Source of the DNA: Trichosphaerium sp. ATCC 40318
Lineage: Eukaryota; Protista; Tubulinea
NCBI GenBank assembly: GCA_038496445.1
Contig: JALMLS010000540.1
Coordinates: forward strand, 131,946 to 195,945
Length of the DNA: 64,000 bases
Direction: 5' to 3'
The position numbers were made by a program, and so were the translations under genes. The notes beneath the pieces are model-generated. The model had not been told where the DNA came from, did no database searches, and saw nothing but the letters and a program-made list of their open reading frames with translations. Shown in pieces: positions 27,472 to 40,014 of this stretch. Numbering within the stretch: the stretch's first letter is position 1; the number at the start of each line of letters is the position of its first letter.

Positions 27472-27585
27472 TATTGTGGAATGTCAGAAGATGTAAATTT
27501 CTGTTTTTAGAGCGCAGGCTTTAGCGTCAATGCAAGTTTTTAAATAAAATCGCCACAATGGTGCGCACACGCGTTTAATCAATAA

Positions 27586-30500
27586 ATGCGAGTGCATACT
27601 CCAGCACGACGCCCAGGTAAGAGGAAAATTTGCTTTAATATTTGAAAAATGACTGCAGACGTCACGAACCACCTATAGGCTGTTTTTGAACGAAAAATGT
27701 TTCTTAAGCACAAAGATTTATTTTAGACTGACAAACTTGTAGATGTGCTTCTAACCATTGGAGGCGCAAGATTACCCGCTTTAGTAGCTGGCGCAAACCA
27801 AACGACACCAAGCGAGCATGAAAAACCCCGAACGCAACGTTTACCACCTACAGACGCTCAGAAGGTACGTCAGTTAATATGAACTGTGTTGACACAAACT
27901 GTACTTACGCCATCACAGTTATTTAATGTGACACAAACAGTCAGTGGGGTACGTAGAGTATTATAATTGCTTTGATGTATTTTTATCACATTGAAAAACA
28001 CCTTTTAATGGAAAATATTGTTGTCGCACGCTAACCGCGTAACTCGTAGCTTAAACACTGGATTCTGCGCGTAACACCTCAACTGAAGAATAAACCTTCA
28101 AAATTATCCAAAGATGATATCAACTCCTTAGTAAGAGAGTTTGAGCGATATCAAACCCATGAATTGCCTCCAAGGCAAGCTCAAATGTCAAAGATTGACA
28201 TGACAATGAAATTGAGTCAAGACATTGACGAGGATACATTCGATGTTATTTCCAAGCTATGGAGGAAGCTAAAGAGGGCAGAAGACGCCAGAGGCATATG
28301 GTTACGCAAGTAAGTGAACTTGAAAGGAAATATAATTAGATACATGGTTTCTGTGTTTAAACTCATTGTTTAGAGTGCAAGACGATATACATAGGATTAA
28401 ACACCTCAAGGTTGATTTTGAAGCTCTATGCGATGAAATATCGAACTGGATAGCTAGTAAAAATGATTACATGAGTAGTTTTCAAACAACACTTACAAGC
28501 GAACCTACACGGGTAAAAGTTCAAGTTGCGGAGGCGAGAGGATTTGAGAATGATCGCGCTGAGTATCTTGAGAAGTTTAACAGTGTAGAGAGCATGGCAT
28601 ACCAGTTCACAGACGAGAAAAGCACGGCTAGGTTCCAAGAACTTAAAGAAAACTGGAAATCACTTAACGATAGTTTCACGACAGTTTTAGCTTCGTTGAA
28701 TCTTCGAGAACAGCGAGCGTATAATAGCTATAGGCTATATGATGTTTTATATGATAGGTTTATTAAATGGAGTGGTGGTGTCTTAGAAGATCTTCATGGA
28801 GGTGTATTCGCAGACTTGACTAATCAAGAGACACATATGCTTATGATGCGTAAAATGTTGGAGTTAAGATCGAATTGCGTTCAACACTTAACGAGCTTAA
28901 AGAAGGCTTGGCATGAAGCTAATAGTAATGCTAGAGAAGGTGAGAAATATAAGTATCATATAGATGCTATTAAAGGTACTGGCGAGGAGATATTAGTTGC
29001 TTTAAAAGCAGTTGAAAAGAGGTTGATAAACGAGAAACCTAAAGCTGATAATAATTTCAATGAATATGTCACTCAGTTTAAAAAGACATTACAAGTTCGT
29101 CGTTGTAAAGTTGATGTTATGTTCGAGACACAACAAGATCCTTCTAAGGAGATCATTAAATTCTATAACGACGGTAAATCAGAGACTCAGGTTTTGCTAC
29201 ATTTGGATTCTATGCTATCCTCTCCAGGTTCGTTTTTAGGATTTTTTTTTGGATTTAGTGTTGATGTTGTCTCTTCTTAACTCTTTTTGTAGAAGACAAA
29301 ACGAAGTTCCAAGACGTTCAAAATGAATGTAACTTGTTTTCAGAGCATGTTGATCATGTGCTTAAAGTGCTTCAACAAGAAAAGGATACAGCAGCGCAAT
29401 ACAAGAATGATAGAGATGATTTGCTGCAATGGATTATTGATACTATTCCAAACTTGAAGCAAGAGATGCCTAGTAGTTTTGATGAAGTTCAAGTGCTCTG
29501 TCAACATCTTATAAAGCTTAAAGAGACTTTAAAAGATAAGAGAGATATAAAAATACATCTACGACAGAGCTTGAAGCAGCTCATTGAGTTCAAGACAAAA
29601 CATGGACGACCAAGCTTAATCGATTCAGGTATACCACCCATTAACCTTTTCTCTGGTGGCCCTTGTTTCCCACTTACCGCCTTAATTTAGATTATTCTTT
29701 TGATGCTGTGGCTAGCGCTTGGGATACCCTTATGACTTGCTGGAAGTACGTGAAACAAAAAGATGTTATCAACAAGTTTCTGATGTTAACTTTTTTTCTG
29801 CAGTGCTTTCGATAGAAAAATTCGAAATACAGTGAAACTCTTTAGTATACCTTCTGACGAAGAAGAGAATACTATAGATGGAGATGAAGTTAGGCCTCTT
29901 GCGTACGTACTGAAGAGAGTCAATGTTGTACAATCTTATTTTTTTTGTTTAGCCTTGTTCCACCAATGGGTTTTATTGATGATAATATAAAAGAAATACG
30001 AAGATCTGAAGTTCTTGTATACGACAAGGTTCGCCGAGGCTAAATTCTTGGCTTTTTTGGGAAATATTCTTTGTTCCCATTACGTTTTATTGATGGTCAT
30101 TTTAGGGACTTCCAATGTCGCCAACAAGAGCATTTAGCAGTCCAGAAAAATATAGCCCTAGGAGACAAAAGAAGAACGCTAATAGTCCAAGAAAAGCTAG
30201 TCCACGGAAGGCTAGCCCTAGAAAGTCTAGTCCAAGGAAAGCAAATCCAAAGAGAATCAAGCACAAAAAGGGTCGTGGACCTAATCTATCTGATTATGGT
30301 ATTGATAAGCCATCTACAAACCCTAAGCGTGTTAAGTCTGACAGACGCTTTTCGAGTCTACGATCCCGTAAAACTAAAGTCAAGGTATCAAAGAGGCGTA
30401 CAGATGTAGTACCAAGACAGAAACCTGATAAAACGTCCATGAACTCATTGAGAGGAAAGAGATCGACTATGACTATCACTCCTACTTGGGCTGTTGAAAA

Positions 30501-32891
30501 TCAATCTTTTGCTGCTGAACAAGAGCAAGAGTGGAAGCCATCAAAGAGGCATAGCGAAAGACCTAAGCGCGATCTTCCTAAGGATGATGTGCGGCAAGCA
30601 AAGGCTCAAAAAAGAGCTAGTTCTTTGAGGAAGAGAAACTGGAAGCGTAATTCTAGCAGTATGCCTGATGTTAGAGCTGCAATCGCTGAGCAGAGAGATG
30701 CTGCTCTTCCAAAGACACCTATTGAATCAAAAATAGAGGCACAGACTTTGAAGATTATGAAATCTAAGTCTGATAATGTTGGGATGAGTAAGAGAGTATC
30801 AAAAGCTCAGGTGGTTAATCCTCTTGAAAAACCAGAACAAGTACGAACAGAAAGATCTTTTTCCTTTGTTACTAGTAGAGTACTGACAGTTTTTTTGCTC
30901 TTAGCTTATTCAGTCTGTACAAGATATACGTAAACAACAAAAAACATACTCTGCTGCTATTGTAGGGACAGACCTACAATGTGTCGGCAAAAAAAGCTAC
31001 ACGGTACAAACATCTGTTTTAGTTGGGTTTTTGACTTTAAATAGGTTTTTAATTTACGTGTTACTAAAGCACGATCCACTTGGGTAGTTACACGTAGGTA
31101 CACAGCTTTCTATGAGCTCAATAGAGAGGTATGACACATATCATACTTTTTTAATGAACAACGTTAACACGTGATAGTTTAAAGCAAAGATTAACTCAGG
31201 TCTTGGTTTTCCAAGCAAAAAACAAGCTCAAAACTTATCCCCAAGATGTGTTGATAAGTTGCATCAGCAACTTCAAATATGGTATTGAGTTTTGATTATT
31301 TCTTTAAGTTCTAACTGAACTGTTGTTTAGGCTAGATCTCATTCTGATTGAACCTAATTTTAGTGATAACTTTAAACTTCGTGAGTTTTTAGAAAATGGT
31401 AAATCTGAGACTACTTTCACTCCTATGGATGCAAACCATGTTATAAAAGCCGATTTGGACTGTATAGGATACTTGTACGTTCACAAGATAACTGATTTTA
31501 ACAATACTAACTAATGGTTTCCTTAAAGGTACTCCCTCCGTAAGAGCGCTTGGAAGTTTCATTGGTAAGCTTTATTTATTGTTTTTCATTATCTCATTTT
31601 GTTCACCTTAGGGCTATTCTGAGGCATGGTATATTGTATCAGTACAAAGAAGCTATGAGTAAACATCCATATGCTTTCTCAGACTTTAGAAATTCTACAG
31701 CTGGTGTCATAGACAAGTCTGAACTCATCACTGTTCCAAAGAAAAGCGGTATGTATTTTTGTTTTTGATGGTTTGTTGACAGTGTTGATGTTTGATGTGT
31801 AGATTCTCAATCAAAGATGTGTTTATTTTATGTATCAACTACTGATAAAAGAGAATTCTTCGCAGCTGAATCGGAAGAAGATAGGATCAAATGGATTAAG
31901 GCGTTTTCTAATACTGAGTTATCAGCAATAGAAAAAAAGGTAGCTGTTCACTAAAAAGAGTTAGACGAAATTCATTTATTCTTGCTTAGAAACGACAACC
32001 TCTCTTTGCCCAGGCTGTAGATAAAGTATCCCTTTTGGATGATAAAGGAGTACCAGTTTTCTTTGCAACGTTGATAAACCTGTTGCTTGATTCAGGTAAG
32101 AGCGCTCTTCTTAGAGATATCATAAATAAGAAAAAATCACGAAAGATGTTAACCTTTTTTCACTAGGTATTTCACATTCAAATCTCTTCAGTCTACCTCA
32201 ATCAAATACTATGGAAGTTAGAAATACATTAGACAAAGGCACTAAGGCTGCCAGATCTGATTTATCGTGGACTGAAAATCCACATTTGGTAGCAAGTCTA
32301 TTGCTTTTGTATTTGGTTGAGTTGCCTACACAACTTGTACCTGCTGACCAAAAACACGCTCTCTTTGGCATCTATAGTATGTATTTTGCCTATTTACTAT
32401 TAATTGTGCTAACTAGTTTGTTGTAGCCATGAATGACGTTAAACAACGTCGTACTCTTCTGAAACAATTATTCAGTTTTATGCCTGAAGTCAATCGATGT
32501 ATGCTTCACAAACTATTTAGTTTCTTGCATGTAGCTAGGTACGTTGAGTATTATATGTTCTTAAATGTCTCCTTATTGTGATATTAGTTGCGAAGGATTG
32601 GAGCTTGACACGCTGACAAAGTTGTTTGGAAGGTAAGCTTATTTTCTTTGTACCTCGTTTTTTTTCTTACCTGGTTTTTTTTGTAGTCTTGTGTTTAGAC
32701 CTAGTGTGTCGTATCAGAAAAAAGTAGTTATTGATTTGACAAAGAGCTTAATTATTGATACATCAATAATACATTCTCCTCCACCTTCAACTCCCCGTGA
32801 AGTATCTGGCTCACCTAGAGCTGCAACTGTTATAGTTAGTCCACGTGATCAATGTCTTCTTGACCTCAAGATGCTTTTATCTCGAGAGTGA
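27586..32891 (+). CDS. Spectrin-repeat + PX + PH + RhoGAP-like (arginine finger absent) protein; start approximate
   Basis: Actinin-like repeats (LKHWILRVTPQL; DDLLQWIIDTIPNL), PX (WVVTRRYTAFYELN..FPSK), PH (GYLYSLRKSAWKFHWAIL..AAESEEDRIKWIKAF), GAP (VPVFF..SNLFS..NPHLVASLLLLYLVELPTQLVP..MPEVNR). Confidence 0.8.
30115..30250 (+). repeat. SPRK pentapeptide repeats
   Basis: NSPRKASPRKASPRKSSPRKANPKR, 15-nt unit. Confidence 0.75.
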
Positions 32892-33332
32892 ATTGAATGA
32901 ATGAAATATAGTATAAATACTATATATTACTTGTTCACACCTGTGCGCATATTACAGCCATTTTGTAGAATAGATGTATTTGTATCTGTCACCAGTATTA
33001 AAAATAAAACAAATTGTAACTTTACTTATTGAAATCTCTAAGCTTTGCTTCAGGGTCGAAATACGTATTCAGCGCAGGCACTTTGGGACATTTGTTGTTG
33101 AAAGTGATATGAAGTTACAAACTAGCCAAAAAAGAAGGTAATTCTTCAAGAATTTTTGCGTATTTGTAGTAGCAGTTGGATCTTTAACAACTTAGTACTA
33201 ACTAAAAAAAAGAACAGTGGAAGGTAGTTTCTCTTTATTGTTATTTATTGTAGTATTTGCCGTATCACATAACGCAATTGATCACTCTTCTGAGATTTAC
33301 TATTCCATTACTGCCTTTGTATTTATAGAAGG

Positions 33333-33962
33333 ATGCACTCCCGCACAATAGAACAAATTGTAACCGTTGGTCTACCATTATTTATTGCCGTTGTGATTAG
33401 TACGCACTTGGAGTTTGTTGTAATAGCTTGACGTTTTTTAGCTGTTCTACTTGGGCAGAGTCCTAACGTTGAAAAGCAGTTTAACAGCAAGCTAAACACG
33501 ACGACTGGTAAATTTTCAGAGTCTACAATAAGAAATAACAAGTTGGGAGCCGATTTATCAGGTTTTAATCATAGTGGAAGTGAAGCCATGTGCCCACTTA
33601 ACTCTATGAGCAATAAGTCTACAATAAGAAACAACAAGTTGGAAGACGATTTATCAGACTTTATACATAATAGTGAACAAATATGTACACTTAACCCCTT
33701 GAGCTATAAATTGGATGAAATAGAGGCTGTGACAAGGGCCCACATTGCAGAATTTCAACGAAAACTGGATGCTGCTATGAAGGTGCAAATTGAGAATCAG
33801 AAAGGAATGGAGAATCAAATAGCTGAATTTAAGCGAGAAATACATGAAATGCATAGAGAGTGGTTAGGAAAGATAAAAGTTCAGGGTTATATAGTTATCA
33901 CAGTGATGTGCTGTTTGGCGGTATTTGTGTACCTAATTATTGTTAAGACGGGTGTCAACTAG
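33333..33962 (+). CDS. Hypothetical protein: N-terminal hydrophobic segment, two 32-aa repeats, coiled coil, C-terminal TM
   Basis: MHSRTIEQIVTVGLPLFIAVVI|TVLLG... joined to ORF 33543-33962 by a gtacgc..tag intron. Confidence 0.55.
33521..33710 (+). repeat. ~96-nt imperfect tandem repeat (2 copies)
   Basis: gtctacaataagaaa(t/c)aacaagttgg..gatttatcag..cacttaac at 33521 and 33617. Confidence 0.85.
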
Positions 33963-34370
33963 ACCCCTAGTGACTTGAAACTAATAACCATTAATGTTGC
34001 TTTAGCAATACTGCAACCATAGTTAGTATTCCAACTCAGAATAATCAACAACATTTTCCTTTTCTCAATGGTAAAGTCGTACATGTTGTGAACAACGTTA
34101 CTAATAGTAACATGAATATTAACTAAACTGCACATTTCATAGTAGTCTTGTCCTTTCATTTGAGTAGACAGTTCAATCTTGAGCCGTCCTAAACCATTGT
34201 AAGCCTCGGCTTGTTTCACTCTAATGGCCACATTCTCCATCAAGATTGCACATTACGAGCAAAATGAATTGGCCAGAGGGATGTTCACAAATTTGGTTTT
34301 GGAATCTCCTAGAAAAACGTTGAGTACTTGCTTGTAACTTAACTCCGAAATATATTCATACACTATTAAC

Positions 34371-35350
34371 ATGAGCACCAAACGTAAACGAAAGGAAAAT
34401 ACTAAAACCACAGACCTAAAACGGCAAAAAGTAACGAAAAAGAGCACTAAAGGTGCACCTACAGAGCCTAAACGTAATGCTAAAGGCGAGATATTATTTC
34501 CTGATTACAAAGCTTTCAAACCCAACATGGTACCTCTAAAATACCTTAAACACGCGCATAATGCATTAAAATAATAGTTTAGTTTAAAACTATTGGCGTT
34601 AAAAAGAACTAACTTATTTCTCCTTTAGACGCCAAAAGAAGTGATACAAAGCGGTAGTTTCGGCGGTGGGTACTTTCGGACGATAAATTCTACGATAACT
34701 AAGAAAGTCGAGAAGGCAGACGATCCAAAAACTGGTTGGAAAGAACTACCAAAAGATTGGTACGTCTACCACACCTTCCAACGTTTTGAAGAAAAACAAC
34801 TCTGCAAACATCCCTCAATTCACCGCCCTTCATTCTTCGGCTTCTTTTTCGCTTACATATAGAAGGTTCAAAGGGTTGGACATCAAGAAGCAAGTTACAA
34901 ATGCCAAGTATGATAAAAAAGTGAATTTCTTCAAAGTGAAGAGTGGTGCTGATTTACACGAATGGGAGAGTAAAAAGTGGATTGTAGAGCAAGATCCTAG
35001 GTGAGTTGATATACTATCCACCTTTAAAGTGCTTATAACATGTAGGGGTTGGTTTCAGTGGTATTGTAGGTTTTACACTGGCAGACGAACAGATGATGAT
35101 GAAAGACAAATCAAAAGATGGTCAGGTACTCGCACATAGCACTAGATACGATGAGTTTTTAGCTGAGTTTCCTAAAGGGGTATGTGGACCACGTGGTAGA
35201 TGGAAAAGAAATCTTGTAAAGAAGATAATGAAGGCAAACAAATCTTATGATGATTCTACTGTATCACCTGTAGTGAGACAGACGTTACAGCATTGGGCGT
35301 ACAGACTTAGTGAAGAAGACTTTGAATCAGTTTCAGACTCAATTAGTTAA
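34371..35350 (+). CDS. Conserved uncharacterised protein (FxPNxTPxE..GSFGGxYFR..DPRGWFQWYCRF..RQTLQHWAY family; often loosely labelled HET-E1-like)
   Basis: Spliced motifs FKPNM|TPKEVIQSGSFGGGYFR, QDPR|GWFQWYCRFYTGRRTDDDERQIKRWS|GVCGPRGRWK, SPVVRQTLQHWAY; 4 introns. Confidence 0.85.
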
Positions 35351-35634
35351 AGGTATACCAGATAACAAAGAGCCATAAAATGATTAGGAAACGCTCATAA
35401 ACTGTTTTTTATTTCAACCAATTCAACTATTCTGCAGAAAGGGTCCCACCACTATAACTACTATAGATTATACCCACTTACTGTCGGGTTCTACATCTTG
35501 TTTAAACGAGATAACAACAGCAAATGAGCTTGAAAAATGTACAATAAAGTTAAGAAGTGTTTTGGTTGTCAACTAATTTATTCTTTTCATGCTCATGTCC
35601 TTTTTTCATACCTAATAACGGTCACTACCATAGC

Positions 35635-36663
35635 TCAACACTGAAGCATTTCTCCGTTTTCATTCCAGACTGATATCCCACCATTTACTTTCCCATCAAG
35701 TAAGACAGAGCTTTCCTTCAAGAGACCATTTTTGTGCCATTCGGTTTTTTCACCATTTGGTATACCATCAATCCACATACTAGTGGACTTTAGTTGTCCA
35801 TTGTCATACCACTCTTTCCCTTTCCCAGTTTGCTTACCATCAATCCACGTACTGGAGGATTTGAGCTGTCCATTCATATACCAAAATCTGCATTCCCCAT
35901 TTTTCTTATCAGCAAGCCATACGCTACAGAACTCAACTTGTCCATTCTCATACCATCCCTTTGTTTCACCGGTTTGCTTATCATCAAGCCATATACTTTC
36001 AGACTTAAGTTGTCCATTCTCATACCAATCTTTTGTTGCACCATTTTGAAGACCATCAGCCCACATTGTCTCTGCCGCAATCTGCCCATTCTCAAACCAT
36101 TCTGTATGTTTACTTATTGGCTTTCCATCATCCCAATTACAACGTACCTTGAGTGAACCATTTTCATTCCACCTGCGGCATTCACCACTTTGTTTGCCAT
36201 TAACAAACATGCAATGGACCTTAAGCTGTCCATTTGAGTACCAATATTTGTATTCACCATTTCGTATACCATCAACTATAGTTGTTAGTTTTAAAAGTTG
36301 TCCATTCTCTCCCCAAACTTTGAATAACCCATTTTCTTTATTATCCACCCACACGCCATGGCAGTGAAGTTTTCCACACTTACGCCATGTTTTAGAATCA
36401 CCATTTAGTTTCCCACCTCTTGAATAGTGGAAATGAGCCTGTACCTCTCCGGTTTCGTACCATTGAATCCATGTTCCTTTCTTGTTTAGTGCTTCATCAA
36501 AATGTGTATTGATCGCTGCTCTCCTTGACAATGTATGGAACTTTGTAAACGCTTCAATGTTGTATGCACAAATCCGCATTTGAATTACACATGGGAGATC
36601 CAGCAAGGTCACAGACGGCATGTTCTGTTTTTTTAATTGGAATTTTTTACTAACCGAAGACAT
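35635..36663 (-). CDS. F-box-like + ~12 MORN_2 (YwqK-type) repeats
   Basis: TLLDLPCVIQMRI; 24-aa repeats GxxxxWYENGQLKxxxxWxDG; essentially intronless. Confidence 0.85.
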   Translation of the reverse strand: MSSVSKKFQLKKQNMPSVTLLDLPCVIQMRICAYNIEAFTKFHTLSRRAAINTHFDEALNKKGTWIQWYETGEVQAHFHYSRGGKLNGDSKTWRKCGKLHCHGVWVDNKENGLFKVWGENGQLLKLTTIVDGIRNGEYKYWYSNGQLKVHCMFVNGKQSGECRRWNENGSLKVRCNWDDGKPISKHTEWFENGQIAAETMWADGLQNGATKDWYENGQLKSESIWLDDKQTGETKGWYENGQVEFCSVWLADKKNGECRFWYMNGQLKSSSTWIDGKQTGKGKEWYDNGQLKSTSMWIDGIPNGEKTEWHKNGLLKESSVLLDGKVNGGISVWNENGEMLQC

Positions 36664-37185
36664 CTTCTAGGAAATGGTTAGAAATACCAACAAATGGCTA
36701 CGAAAGAAGAAACTTGACGTGTCCAGCTCTAAAAATTGGCTAGTGAGGTGTTTTCTGGCGTATTGCTTACTATAAACGTAGGGGCTGTCCTCTGATGCTT
36801 TCAATACCAAAGAAAGTAATACTAGAGCAATACCAGACCAAATAAACAGAAAAAACAATTTAAGGGACTCGAGAATAGAGTGAGCCGCGTTACTTGTCTG
36901 TAGCGCAATTCCCAGTATGCGAGAGTGTCGTTCTTAACGGAAAGTAGGATAAGTCAAGTCATGTTCAATTTAGCGGTCAACGTTAGTGTGAGGTAGAGCT
37001 TGGTGAAATCGTTTTGAGAATTCTCGGGTTAGTTGCAATGCCGTCAGCAGATACAACGTGAGCTAACAACTCTACCTCATCTTTGAATAGCACATTCTTT
37101 AAGCATAATATTATGCTCTTCCAAGGAGAAAACATTTAAGATACAAAGTGTAAACGTAACACGATTATTTATTTAAAGTATAATT

Positions 37186-37679
37186 CTAAGCATGCTGAGG
37201 TGTTAGCTTTCCATCTCTTACTGTAAAGTGAACATCGTTGATGCTAATATCAATGAAAGCAAGGCTATTTTTTCCACTTGGAACAGGCAACTTTTGATTA
37301 AATTTAACGGTGTACGCGCCGTCACGTGGACTACCGACATACCCAACATAGTACGCTAGATTTACAGTTAAAAGGTTTTTCCTCAAATAGTAAGACGCGT
37401 ACCTAGTTCGCCTGATTTTACGTCGAAAGTCCCTCCAGGCGGTATATCTACGTAGCAGGATGGATCTGGTTCATCGTGGGATACAGAGGACGCTTCACGG
37501 TCAAGTTGAGCTCCATTTAGAGTAACACTCGCTATGTCAATCGTAGGATCGCCACAGTAACGCTCTTGCAAGTGTGCGAACTTTACAGTGTCTTTAGTTC
37601 CATTTGTTATCTTTGTAGCAATCTTAGCGTGATAATAGCCTCCAGAGCTAGTAAAGACCAGCGTAGCTGCACCTTTCAT
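37186..37679 (-). CDS. Small hypothetical all-beta protein, one intron
   Basis: ORFs 37383-37715 and 37186-37386 join through a gtacgc..ctag intron: MKGAATLVF...YVDIPPGGTFDV..YTVKFNQ. Confidence 0.55.
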
Positions 37680-38505
37680 AGTAAATATCTTATTTACTGC
37701 TTTAAGGTAAGCCAAAAACCGAAATGGTTTTTAAACTGTGCAAACACAGTAACGTCCTTCAAAATCACGTGCCTGAAAAAAGGTGTTATTATCACGTGAT
37801 TGAAAAAAGATATTGAGAGAATTATTCTATTCAAGAAGATAACTTTCGCCAGCATCTCACAGAGCCATTTTGTTTGGTATAATAGCCCTTGTGGGGTTCA
37901 GCGCAAACAGTGGTTCTTGCCCAAATGCTGATAAGATATTGCCCGTTGCAGGCAAGTTTGCCGGGGAAACCAAGAAAGTACAGATTTGCATAGTAAGGTT
38001 GTCCAACTTGTGACAGGACTCAGGACTGAGGCTGTTGATGGGTAAAAGCTCGCTTAAACGTGACACTTCTGAAAGAACTTGCATATTCTGTTAGTTCTTG
38101 CCTTTATTGAACGAAATAGCAGTTTGCATACATAGAATTTTTCGCACTTGCTTGCGACGCACTATAAAGCAAAAATAAGCTGCGACTTGATACTAAAGTT
38201 CTGTCACAGCTACAATCAGTAAGGTTATCTTGCTTTCCCAAACTCGAAAATAGTTGCTGCTATAAAGTGTCAAACGACGGAAGAACAATAGATATCTGGT
38301 ACATTGTATTTGCAGATTTCAATTTAATAAGCTGCGCTGTTCCCTCCGTTGGAGCATCAGTGGCATCAGTTGGAGGATTAACAGTGCTTCCATTCACAGC
38401 GATACTAGTCAAGATATTGCCCAAATACAATTGAATGTATTGATGCTCTAAAAGAAAAAGGTGTATAAGTTCACTATCAAATAAAACAATTTACTGTTGT
38501 CCAAC

Positions 38506-38846
38506 ATGATTTTTAATCTTGGTGGCTAAGTATGAAAGGTACATGGTCCACTGAGAGAACATCAGCAAGTAATGTTACTTCTCTGTCTTTTTGCCAGTAT
38601 ACTTCAAGTGAGCAAAATATCCAATGTCTTTTTCACTTATGAACTTTCTTTCAGAATGTTATTTCAGCGTAGAGATACTTTACGCATTCCGCCTGTCAAT
38701 ATGCCTCTATTTTACCCTCTATATTTGCTTCCTAACTACACGTGCTTAAGTCAGATACAACATATTTTACTAGAAAAACCAGCACTAACGAAATAACAAC
38801 AGCGAGGTATCAAGTACTTTTGTTGAGCCACCAAGATTAAAATCAT
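38506..38846. mobile_element. MITE-like element bounded by ~21-bp inverted repeats
   Basis: atgatttttaatcttggtggct (38506) and agccaccaagattaaaatcat (ending 38846), with weaker similarity extending inward; non-coding AT-rich interior. Confidence 0.5.
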
Positions 38847-38883
38847 TAAACGCAATAAATCTCCAGACAATAACGGGCTACAA

Positions 38884-39843
38884 ATGGCTAAACGCACAGT
38901 ACGTACAATATACTTGCGATTTACGCAATCTCTAATGTGTAATTAGAAAAATGAGAGCAAAAAAGATCAATTCTTAAATCTAGTACACCTGCCTGTTGAG
39001 TTACAACTAGATATAATAGAATTAGACTTTGAAATGTATTTGAAATGGCCAATGTTATCAAAACGAACAGCAATGATAACACGCTTTGATTCTGACTTAA
39101 AAAAGCATGGAAAATGGATTAAAAGAAGCTCAAGTACATCAAGAGTATTATGTCAAGAGTACTTAAGTCATGGCAAACGTCAAGGTGAATACAATGAGTG
39201 GCATCCGAATGGCAAACAATGGGTAAAGTGTAAGTACATAGATGGTAAATCAGAAGGAGTCTATAAAGAGTGGTATGACAATGGACAACTCACGGAACAG
39301 AGTTATTATGTCAATGATAGACAAGAAGGGGAATGTAAGAATTGGCATCGAAATGGAACTTTGTGGATCCAAGCTAATTACACTAGTGGTTGTAAGAGAC
39401 AAGGAGATTATACGGAGTGGTTCAATAACGGACAATTGAAGAAAAAATGTTTTTATGTTAATGGCAAACAAGAAGGAGAGTATAAGAAGTGGTACATAAC
39501 TGGTCAATTGAGGAAACAACGTACTTACTCAAATGGTAAACAAGAAGGAGAATACAAAGTGTGGTATGAAAGTGGACGATTGAAGAAAGATGGGTTTTAT
39601 GTTAATGGAAACCTAGAAGGAAAGGTCAACCACTGGCACAATAATGGTAAAATTGAAATACAATGTAAGTATTCGAAAGGAAATAGGCATGGAGAGTATA
39701 AGGAGTGGTACTACAGTGGACAAGTGAAGAAGTGGGGATTTTATGATAATGGAAGATTGAAAGAAGACATGTTAAAGTGGAATAAACAAGGTCAAATAGT
39801 AGAACAACTTGAAGAAGAAACATGGTTTAAAGATTATGAATAA
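38884..39843 (+). CDS. F-box + ~9 MORN_2 (YwqK-type) repeats
   Basis: Exon 1 MAKRT, intron 38899-38946, then KNESKKDQFLNLVHLPVELQLDIIE...TRFDSDLKKHGKW and the repeats. Confidence 0.85.
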
Positions 39844-40014
39844 ATAAAATTACACTACGTGTAAATTTTCAGTAATCACGTGTTGAGCATGTTTTAATTC
39901 AGAGACAATGTTGTGAGAAATTGAGTCCATTTTGAAAGTAAACAATACACTCACAAAAAAGTAAAATCAAGGTAAAGAATGAAAGCTACGTTAAGTACTA
40001 GCTATAAAATATGT

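Noticed and set aside
33959-34243. 94-aa minus-strand ORF
   Set aside because: No recognisable motif and it overlaps the neighbouring stop codon; insufficient support
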